Below are positions 53,501 to 64,000 of a stretch of DNA of 64,000 nt, in pieces. Positions within the stretch are counted from its first letter, which is position 1. The number at the start of each line of letters is the position of its first letter. A model generated the notes under the pieces. That model was not told where the DNA came from. It worked only from the letters and a program-made list of their open reading frames with translations, and searched no databases. Source of the DNA: the human T2T-CHM13v2.0 reference genome, Homo sapiens. Location: the NCBI RefSeq assembly GCF_009914755.1, contig NC_060942.1; one strand, given 5' to 3'. A program made the position numbers and the translations under genes.

Positions 53501-56500
53501 AAAGGACATATCTTCCCATAAAAACTAGACAGAAGCATTCTCAGAAACTTACTCGTGATGTGTGTCCTCAACTAAAGGAGTAGAACCTTTCTATTCATAG
53601 AGAAGTTTTGAAACGCTCTTTTTGTGGAATCTCCAAGTGGATATTTGGCTAGTTTTGAGGATTTCGTTGGAAGCGGGAATTCATACAAATTGCAGACTGC
53701 AGCGTTCTGAGAAACATCTTTGTGATGTTTGTATTCAGGACACAGAGATGAACATTCCCTATCATAGAGCAGGTTGGAATCACTCCTTTTGTAGTATCTG
53801 GAAGTGGACATTTGGAGCGCTTTCAGGCCTATGTTGAAAAAGGAAATATCTTCCCATAACAACTAGACACAAGCATTCTCAGAAACTTGTTTGTGATGTG
53901 TGCCCTCTACTGACAGAGTTGAACCTTTCTTTTCATAGAGCAGTTTTGAAACACTCTTTTATAGAATCCGCAAGAGGATATTTGGATAGCTTTGAGGATT
54001 TCGTGGGAAACGGGATTGTCTTCAGGTAAAATCTAGACAGAAGCATTCTCAGAAACTTCTTTGGGATGTTTGCATTCAAGTCACAGAGTAGAACATTCCC
54101 TTTGGTAGAGCAGGTTTGAAACACTCTTTTTGTAGTATCTGGAAGTGGACATTTGGAGCGCTTTCAGGCCCATGTTGGAAAGGGAAATATCTTCCCGTAA
54201 CAACTAGGCAGAAGCATTCTCAGAAACTTATTTGAGATGTGTGTACTCAACTAAGAGAATTGAACCACCGTTTTGAAGGAGCAGTTTTGAAACCCTCTTT
54301 TTCTGGAATCTGCAAGAGTATATTTGCCTAGCCTTGAGGATTTCGCTGGGAACGGGATTGTCTTCAGATAAAATCTAGACAGAAGCATTCTCAGAAACTT
54401 CTTTGGGATGTTTGCATTCAAGTCACTGAGTAGAACATTCCCTTTGGTAGAGCAGGTTTGAAACACTCTTTTTTTAGTATATGGAAGTGGACATTTGGAG
54501 CGCTTTCAGGCCTACGTTGGAAAAGGAAATATCTTCCCATAACAACTAGACAGAAGCATTCTCAGAAACTAGTTTCTGATGTGTGTCCTCAACTACCACA
54601 GTTGTACATTTCTTTACACAGAACAGTTTTGAAACACTCTTTTTGTGGAATCTGCAAGTGGATATTGGGCTAGATTTGAGGATTTCGTTGGAAACGGGAT
54701 TACATATAAAAAGCAGTCAGCAGCATTCTCAGAAAGTTCTTTGTGATGATTGCATTCAAGTCACAGAATTGAACATTCCCTTTCCAGAGCAGGTTTGAAA
54801 CACTCTTTTTGTAGTGTGTGTAAGTGGACATTTGGAGCGCTCTCCGGCCTAAGGTGAAAAAGGACATATCTTCCCATAAAAACTAGACAGAAGCATTCTC
54901 AGAAACTTACTCGTGATGTGTGTCCTCAACTAAAGGAGTAGCACCTTTCTATTCATAGAGAAGTTTTGAAACGCTCTTTTTGTGGAATCTCCAAGTGGAT
55001 ATTTGGCTAGTTTTGAGGATTTCGTTGGAAGCGGGAATTCATACAAATTGCAGACTGCAGCGTTCTGAGAAACATCTTTGTGATGTTTGTATTCAGGACA
55101 CAGAGATGAACATTCCCTATCATAGAGCAGGTTGGAATCACTCCTTTTGTAGTATCTGGAAGTGGACATTTGGAGCGCTTTCAGGCCTATGTTGAAAAAG
55201 GAAATATCTTCCCATAACAACTAGACACAAACATTCTCAGAAACTTGTTTGTGATGTGTGCCCTCTACTGACAGAGTTGAACCTTTCTTTTCATAGAGCA
55301 GTTTTGAAACACTCTTTTTGTAGAATCTGCAAGAGGATATTTGCATAGCTTTGAGGATTTCGTGGGAAACGGGATTGTCTTCAGGTAAAATCTAGACAGA
55401 AGCATTCTCAGAAACTTCTTTGGGATGTTTGCATTCAAGTCACAGAGTAGAACATTCCCTTTGGTAGAGTAGGTTTGAAACACTCTTTTTGTAGTATCTG
55501 GAAGTGGACATTTGGAGCGCTTTCAGGCCCATGTTGGAAAGGGAAATATCTTCCCGTAACAACTAGGCAGAAGCATTCTCAGAAACTTATTTGAGATGTG
55601 TGGACTCAACTAAGAGAATTGAACCACCGTTTTGAAGGAGCAGTTTTGAAACCCTCTTTTTCTGGAATCTGCAAGAGTATATTTGCCTAGCCTTGAGGAT
55701 TTCGTTGGAAACGGGATTGTCTTCAGATAAAATCTAGACAGAAGCATTCTCAGAAACTTCTTTGGGATGTTTGCATTCAAGTCACAGAGTAGAACATTCC
55801 CTTTGGTAGAGCAGGTTTGAAACACTCTTTTTTTAGTATATGGAAGTGGACATTTGGAGCGCTTTCAGGCCTACGTTGGAAAAGGAAATATCTTCCCATA
55901 ACAACTAGACAGAAGCATTCTCAGAAACTAGTTTCTGATGTGTGTCCTCAACTAAAACAGTTGTACATTTCTTTACACAGAACAGTTTTGAAACACTCTT
56001 TTTGTGGAATCTGCAAGTGGATATTGGGGTAGATTTGAGGATTTCGTTGGAAACGGGATTACATATAAAAAGCAGACAGCAGCATTCTCAGAAAGTTCTT
56101 TGTGATGATTGCATTCAAGTCACAGAATTGAACATTCCCTTTCACAGAGCAGGTTTGAAACACTCTTTTTGTAGTGTGTGTAAGTGGACATTTGGAGCGC
56201 TTTCCGGCCTAAGGTGAAAAAGGACATATCTTCCCATAAAAACTAGACAGAAGCATTCTCAGAAACTTACTCGTGATGTGTGTCCTCAACTAAAGGAGTA
56301 GAACCTTTCTATTCATAGAGAAGTTTTGAAACGCTCTTTTTGTGGAATCTCCAAGTGGATATTTGGCTAGTTTTGAGGATTTCGTTGGAAGCGGGAATTC
56401 ATACAAATTGCAGACTGCAGCGTTCTGAGAAACATCTTTGTGATGTTTGTATTCAGGACACAGAGATGAACATTCCCTATCATAGAGCAGGTTGGAATCA

Positions 56501-59500
56501 CTCCTTTTGTAGTATCTGGAAGTGGACATTTGGAGCGCTTTCAGGCCTATGTTGAAAAAGGAAATATCTTCCCATAACAACTAGACACAAGCATTCTCAG
56601 AAACTTGTTTGTGATGTGTGCCCTCTACTGACAGAGTTGAACCTTTCTTTTCATAGAGCAGTTTTGAAACACTGTTTTTGTAGAATCCGCAAGAGGATAT
56701 TTGCATAGCTTTGAGGATTTCGTGGGAAACGGGATTGTCTTCAGGTAAAATCTAGACAGAAGCATTCTCAGAAATTTCTTTGGGATGTTTGCATTCAAGT
56801 CACAGAGTAGAACATTCCCTTTGGTAGAGCAGGTTTGAAACACTCTTTTTGTAGTATCTGGAAGTGGACATTTGGAGCGCTTTCAGGCCCATGTTGGAAA
56901 GGGAAATATCTTCCCGTAACAACTAGGCAGAAGCATTCTCAGAAACTTATTTGAGATGTGTGTACCCAACTAAGAGAACTGAACCACCGTTTTGAAGGAG
57001 CAGTTTTGAAACACTCTTTTTCTGGAATCTGCAAGAGTATATTTGCCTAGCCTTGAGGATTTCGTTGGAAACGGGATTGTCTTCAGATAAAATCTAGACA
57101 GAAGCATTCTCAGAAACTTCTTTGAGATGTTTGCATTCAAGTCACAGAGTAGAACATTCCCTTTGGTAGAGCAGGTTTGAAACACTCTTTTTTTAGTATA
57201 TGGAAGTGGACATTTGGAGCGCTTTCAGGCCTACGTTGGAAAAGGAAATATCTTCCCATAACAACTAGACAGAAGCATTCTCAGAAACTAGTTTCTGATG
57301 TGTGTCCTCAACTAACACAGTTGTACATTTCTTTAGACAGAACAGTTTTGAAACACTCTTTTTGTGGAATCTGCAAGTGGATATTGGGCTAGATTTGAGG
57401 ATTTCGTTGGAAACGGGATTACATATAAAAAGCAGACAGCAGCATTCTCAGAAAGTTCTTTGTGATGATTGCATTCAAGTCACAGAATTGAACATTCCCT
57501 TTCACAGAGCAGGTTTGAAACACTCTTTTTGTAGTGTGTGTAAGTGGACATTTGGAGCGCTTTCCGGCCTAAGGTGAAAAAGGAAATATCTTCCCATAAA
57601 AACTAGACAGAAGCATTCTCAGAAACTTACTCGTGATGTGTGTCCTCAACTAAAGGAGTAGAACCTTTCTATTCATAGAGAAGTTTTGAAACGCTCTTTT
57701 TGTGGAATCTCCAAGTGGATATTTGGCTAGTTTTGAGGATTTCGTTAGAAGCGGGAATTCATACAAATTGCAGACTGCAGCGTTCTGAGAAACATCTTTG
57801 TGATGTTTGTATTCAGGACACAGAGATGAACATTCCCTATCATAGAGCAGGTTGGAATCACTCCTTTTGTAGTATCTGGAAGTGGACATTTGGAGCGCTT
57901 TCAGGCCTATGTTGAAAAAGGAAATATCTTCCCATAACAACTAGACACAAGCATTCTCAGAAACTTGTTTGTGATGTGTGCCCTCTACTGACAGAGTTGA
58001 ACCTTTCTTTTCATAGAGCAGTTTTGAAACACTCTTTTATAGAATCCGCAAGAGGATATTTGCATAGCTTTGAGGATTTCGTGGGAAACGGGATTGTCTT
58101 CAGGTAAAATCTAGACAGAAGCATTCTCAGAAACTTCTTTGGGATGTTTGCATTCAAGTCACAGAGTAGAACATTCCCTTTGGTAGAGCAGGTTTGAAAC
58201 ACTCTTTTTGTAGTATCTGGAAGTGGACATTTGGAGCGCTTTCAGGCCCATGTTGGAAAGGGAAATATCTTCCCGTAACAACTAGGCAGAAGCATTCTCA
58301 GAAACTTATTTGTGATGTGTGTACTCAACTAAGAGAATTGAACCACCGTTTTGAAGGAGCAGTTTTGAAACCCTCTTTTTCTGGAATCTGCAAGAGTATA
58401 TTTGCCTAGCCTTGAGGATTTCGTTGGAAACGGGATTGTCTTCAGATAAAATCTAGACAGAAGCATTCTCAGAAACTTCTTTGGGATGTTTGCATTCAAG
58501 TCACTGAGTAGAACATTCCCTTTGGTAGAGCAGGTTTGAAACACTCTTTTTTTAGTATATGGAAGTGGACATTTGGAGCGCTTTCAGGCCTACGTTGGAA
58601 AAGGAAATATCTTCCCATAACAACCAGACAGAAGCATTCTCAGAAACTAGTTTCTGATGTGTGTCCTCAACTAACACAGTTGTACATTTCTTTAGACAGA
58701 ACAGTTTTGAAACACTCTTTTTGTGGAATCTGCAAGTGGATATTGGGCTAGATTTGAGGATTTCGTTGGAAACGGGATTACATATAAAAAGCAGACAGCA
58801 GAATTCTCAGAAAGTTCTTTGTGATGATTGCATTCAAGTCACAGAATTGAACATTCCCTTTCACAGAGCAGGTTTGAAACACTCTTTTTGTAGTGTGTGT
58901 AAGTGGACATTTGGAGCGCTTTCCGGCCTAAGGTGAAAAAGGACATATCTTCCCATAAAAACTAGACAGAAGCATTCTCAGAAACTTACTCGTGATGTGT
59001 GTCCTCAACTAAAGGAGTAGAACCTTTCTATTCATAGAGAAGTTTTGAAACGCTCTTTTTGTGGAATCTCCAAGTGGATATTTGGCTAGTTTTGAGGATT
59101 TCGTTGGAAGCGGGAATTCATACAAATTGCAGACTGCAGCGTTCTGAGAAACATCTTTGTGATGTTTGTATTCAGGACACAGAGATGAACATTCCCTATC
59201 ATAGAGCAGGTTGGAATCACTCCTTTTGTAGTATCTGGAAGTGGACATTTGGAGCGCTTTCAGGCCTATGTTGAAAAAGGAAATATCTTCCCATAACAAC
59301 TAGACACAAGCATTCTCAGAAACTTGTTTGTGATGTGTGCCCTCTACTGACAGAGTTGAACCTTTCTTTTCATAGAGCAGTTTTGAACCACTCTTTTATA
59401 GAATCCGCAAGAAGATATTTGCATAGCTTTGAGGATTTCGTGGGAAACGGGATTGTCTTCAGGTAAAATCTAGACAGAAGCATTCTCAGAAACTTCTTTG

Positions 59501-62500
59501 GGATGTTTGCATTCAAGTCACAGAGTAGAACATTCCCTTTGGTAGAGCAGGTTTGAAACACTCTTTTTGTAGTATCTGGAAGTGGACATTTGGAGCGCTT
59601 TCAGGCCCATGTTGGAAAGGGAAATATCTTCCCGTAACAACTAGGCAGAAGCATTCTCAGAAACTTATTTGAGATGTGTGTACTCAACTAAGAGAATTGA
59701 ACCACCGTTTTGAAGGAGCAGTTTTGAAACCCTCTTTTTCTGGAATCTGCAAGAGTATATTTGCCTAGCCTTGAGGATTTCGTTGGAAATGGGATTGTCT
59801 TCAGATAAAATCTAGACAGAAGCATTCTCAGAAACTTCTTTGGGATGTTTGCATTCAAGTCACAGAGTAGAACATTCCCTTTGGTAGAGCAGGTTTGAAA
59901 CACTCTTTTTTTAGTATATGGAAGTGGACATTAGGAGCGCTTTCAGGCCTACGTTGGAAAAGGAAATATCTTCCCATAACAACTAGACAGAAGCATTCTC
60001 AGAAACTAGTTTCTGATGTGTGTCCTCAACTAACACAGTTGTATATTTCTTTAGACAGAACAGTTTTGAAACACTCTTTTTGTGGAATCTGCAAGTGGAT
60101 ATTGGGCTAGATTTGAGGATTTCGTTGGAAACGGGATTACATATAAAAAGCAGTCAGCAGCATTCTCAGAAAGTTCTTTGTGATGATTGAATTCAAGTCA
60201 CAGAATTGAACATTCCCTTTCATAGAGCAGGTTTGAAACACTCTTTTTGTAGTGTGTGTAAGTGGACATTTGGAGCGCTTTCCGGCCTAAGGTGAAAAAG
60301 GACATATCTTCCCATAAAAACTAGACAGAAGCATTCTCAGAAACTTACTCGTGATGTGTGTCCTCAACTAAAGGAGTAGAACCTTTCTATTCATAGAGAA
60401 GTTTTGAAACGCTCTTTTTGTGGAATCTCCAAGTGGATATTTGGCTAGTTTTGAGGATTTCGTTGGAAGCGGGAATTCATACAAATTGCAGACTGCAGCG
60501 TTCTGAGAAACATCTTTGAGATGTTTGTATTCAAGACACAGAGATGAACATTCCCTATCATAGAGCATGTTGGAATCACTCCTTTTGTAGTATCTGGAAG
60601 TGGACATTTGGAGCGCTTTCAGGCCTATGTTGAAAAAGGAAATATCTTCCCATAACAACTAGACACAAGCATTCTCAGAAACTTGTTTGTGATGTGTGCC
60701 CTCTACTGACAGAGTTGAACCTTTCTTTTCATAGAGCAGTTTTGAAACACTCTTTTATAGAATCCGCAAGAGGATATTTGCATAGCTTTGAGGATTTCGT
60801 GGGAAACGGGATTGTCTTCAGGTAAAATCTAGACAGAAGCATTCTCAGAAACTTCTTTGGGATGTTTGCATTCAAGTCACAGAGTAGAACATTCCCTTTG
60901 GTAGAGCAGGTTTGAAACACTCTTTTTGTAGTATCTGGAAGTGGACATTTGGAGCGCTTTCAGGCCCATGTTGGAAAGGGAAATATCTTCCCGTAACAAC
61001 TAGGCAGAAGCATTCTCAGAAACTTATTTGAGATGTGTGTACTCAACTAAGAGAATTGAACCACCGTTTTGAAGGAGCAGTTTTGAAACCCTCTTTTTCT
61101 GGAATCTGCAAGAGTATATTTGCCTAGCCTTGAGGATTTCGTTGGAAACGGGATTGTCTTCAGATAAAATCTAGACAGAAGCATTCTCAGAAACTTCTTT
61201 GGGATGTTTGCATTCAAGTCACTGAGTAGAACATTCCCTTTGGTAGAGCAGGTTTGAAACACTCTTTTTTTAGTATATGGAAGTGGACATTTGGAGCGCT
61301 TTCAGGCCTACGTTGGAAAAGGAAATATCTTCCCATAACAACTAGACAGAAGCATTCTCAGAAACTAGTTTCTGATGTGTGTCCTCAACTAACACAGTTG
61401 TACATTTCTTTATACAGAACAGTTTTGAAACACTCTTTTTGTGGAATCTGCAAGTGGATATTGGGCTAGATTTGAGGATTTCGTTGGAAACGGGATTACA
61501 TATAAAAAGCAGACAGCAGCATTCTCAGAAAGTTCTTTGTGATGATTGCATTCAAGTCACAGAATTGAACATTCCCTTTCACAGAGCAGGTTTGAAACAC
61601 TCTTTTTGTAGTGTGTGTAAGTGGACATTTGGAGCGCTTTCCGGCCTAAGGTGAAAAAGGAAATATCTTCCCATAAAAACTAGACAGAAGCATTCTCAGA
61701 AACTTACTCGTGATGTGTGTCCTCAACTAAAGGAGTAGAACCTTTCTATTCATAGAGAAGTTTTGAAACGCTCTTTTTGTGGAATCTCCAAGTGGATATT
61801 TGGCTAGTTTTGAGGATTTCGTTGGAAGCGGGAATTCATACAAATTGCAGACTGCAGCGTTCTGAGAAACATCTTTGTGATGTTTGTATTCAGGACACAG
61901 AGATGAACATTCCCTATCATAGAGCAGGTTGGAATCACTCCTTTTGTAGTATCTGGAAGTGGACATTTGGAGCGCTTTCAGGCCTATGTTGAAAAAGGAA
62001 ATATCTTCCCATAACAACTAGACACAAGCATTCTCAGAAACTTGTTTGTGATGTGTGCCCTCTACTGACAGAGTTGAACCTTTCTTTTCATAGAGCAGTT
62101 TTGAAACACTCTTTTATAGAATCCGCAAGAGGATATTTGGATAGCTTTGAGGATTTCGTGGGAAACGGGATTGTCTTCAGGTAAAATCTAGACAGAAGCA
62201 TTCTCAGAAACTTCTTTGGGATGTTTGCATTCAAGTCACAGAGTAGAACATTCCCTTTGGTAGAGCAGGTTTGAAACACTCTTTTTGTAGTATCTGGAAG
62301 TGGACATTTGGAGCGCTTTCAGGCCCATGTTGGAAAGGGAAATATCTTCCCGTAACAACTAGGCAGAAGCATTCTCAGAAACTTATTTGAGATGTGTGTA
62401 CTCAACTAAGAGAATTGAACCACCGTTTTGAAGGAGCAGTTTTGAAACCCTCTTTTTCTGGAATCTGCAAGAGTATATTTGCCTAGCCTTGAGGATTTCG

Positions 62501-64000
62501 TTGGAAACGGGATTGTCTTCAGATAAAATCTAGACAGAAGCATTCTCAGAAACTTCTTTGGGATGTTTGCATTCAAGTCACTGAGTAGAACATTCCCTTT
62601 GGTAGAGCAGGTTTGAAACACTCTTTTTTTAGTATATGGAAGTGGACATTTGGAGCGCTTTCAGGCCTACGTTGGAAAAGGAAATATCTTCCCATAACAA
62701 CTAGACAGAAGCATTCTCAGAAACTAGTTTCTGATGTGTGTCCTCAACTAACACAGTTGTACATTTCTTTAGACAGAACAGTTTTGAAACACTCTTTTTG
62801 TGGAATCTGCAAGTGCATATTGGGCTAGATTTGAGGATTTCGTTGGAAACGGGATTACATATAAAAAGCAGACAGCAGAATTCTCAGAAAGTTCTTTGTG
62901 ATGATTGCATTCATGTCACAGAATTGAACATTCCCTTTCACAGAGCAGGTTTGAAACACTCTTTTTGTAGTGTGTGTAAGTGGACATTTGGAGCGCTTTC
63001 CGGCCTAAGGTGAAAAAGGAAATATCTTCCCATAAAAACTAGACAGAAGCATTCTCAGAAACTTACTCGTGATGTGTGTCCTCAACTAAAGGAGTAGAAC
63101 CTTTCTATTCATAGAGAAGTTTTGAAACGCTCTTTTTGTGGAATCTCCAAGTGGATATTTGGCTAGTTTTGAGGATTTCGTTGGAAGCGGGAATTCATAC
63201 AAATTGCAGACTGCAGCGTTCTGAGAAACATCTTTGTGATGTTTGTATTCAGGACACAGAGATGAACATTCCCTATCATAGAGCAGGTTGGAATCACTCC
63301 TTTTGTAGTATCTGGAAGTGGACATTTGGAGCGCTTTGAGGCCTATGTTGAAAAAGGAAATATCTTCCCATAACAACTAGACACAAGCATTCTCAGAAAC
63401 TTGTTTGTGATGTGTGCCCTCTACTGACAGAGTTGAACCTTTCTTTTCATAGAGCAGTTTTGAAACACTCTTTTTGTAGAATCCGCAAGAGGATATTTGC
63501 ATAGCTTTGAGGATTTCGTGGGAAACGGGATTGTCTTCAGGTAAAATCTAGAAAGAAGCATTCTCAGAAACTTCTTTGGGATGTTTGCATTCAAGTCACA
63601 GAGTAGAACATTCCCTTTGGTAGAGCAGGTTTGAAACACTCTTTTTGTAGTATCTGGAAGTGGACATTTGGAGCGCTTTCAGGCCCATGTTGGAAAGGGA
63701 AATATCTTCCCGTAACAACTAGGCAGAAGCATTCTCAGAAACTTATTTGAGATGTGTGTACTCAAGTAAGAGAACTGAACCACCGTTTTGAAGGAGCAGT
63801 TTTGAAACCCTCTTTTTCTGGAATCTGCAAGAGTATATTTGCCTAGCCTTGAGGATTTCGTTGGAAACGGGATTGTCTTCAGATAAAATCTAGACAGAAG
63901 CATTCTCAGAAACTTCTTTGGGATGTTTGCATTCAAGTCACAGAGTAGAACATTCCCTTTGGTAGAGCAGGTTTGAAACACTCTTTTTTTAGTATATGGA
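44521..64000 (+). repeat. Copy 2 of the duplication, with 2 additional HORs (~53.9-56.6 kb)
   Basis: It carries the same ordered rare variants as 1-16763. The offset jumps from 44520 to 47238 (2718 bp, two HORs) between ~53.8 and 56.7 kb. Confidence 0.93.

Larger units (their letters stand above)
1..64000 (+). repeat. Alpha-satellite HOR array, suprachromosomal family 2 (D1/D2 dimeric), 8-mer HOR of ~1360 bp, 47 copies; homogeneous live-type array
   Basis: Alphoid motifs (CATTCTCAGAAAC, TTTGAAACACTCTTTTTG, GTGGACATTTGGAGCGCTTT) recur every ~170 bp. The unique landmark GGAAGCGGGAATTCAT recurs 47 times at 1358-1360 bp spacing (EcoRI at 1001, 2361, 3721, 5080, 6438 ... 63191), with one exception. 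CENP-B boxes lie in every second monomer, and copies differ by only a few bases. Confidence 0.99.

Noticed and set aside
216-63981. About 270 short ORFs (62-123 aa) on both strands
   Set aside because: They recur with the 1360-bp period, overlap on opposite strands, often start at non-ATG codons, and are opened or broken at random by point variants. They are translations of alpha satellite, not genes.
1-64000. CRISPR-like or other repeat-spacer system
   Set aside because: The sequence between conserved motifs is itself repeated. There are no unique spacers, leader or cas-like genes.
1-64000. Transposon insertion (L1/Alu), inversion or non-alphoid island
   Set aside because: HOR spacing is continuous (1358-1360 bp, once 1017 bp), all CENP-B boxes are on the same strand, and no poly-A tail or foreign sequence is seen.
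1-64000. Claim that this window is the kinetochore/CENP-A (hypomethylated dip) region
   Set aside because: That is an epigenetic property not readable from sequence; it needs methylation or CENP-A data.

Overview
The whole 64 kb is an uninterrupted, single-orientation primate (almost certainly human) centromeric alpha-satellite higher-order-repeat (HOR) array. Monomers of ~171 bp alternate A-type (pJ-alpha site) and B-type (CENP-B box), as in suprachromosomal family 2 (D1/D2). They form an 8-monomer HOR of 1358-1360 bp with one EcoRI site per unit, present 47 times. From memory it best fits the live chromosome 18 array D18Z1; this was not verified by search. I find no genes, RNA genes, transposon insertions or inversions, and all listed ORFs are periodic by-products of the repeat. 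I see no undescribed biological system. The informative signal is the variant pattern among HOR copies. It shows a very recent duplication at ~44.5 kb offset, a single 6-mer HOR at ~40.9 kb exactly where the variant haplotype family switches, nested 1-, 2-, 3-, 5-, 6- and 7-HOR repeats of variant blocks, mosaic units, seven disrupted CENP-B boxes, and a transversion-rich set of private variants. All counts were made by eye and are not exhaustive.
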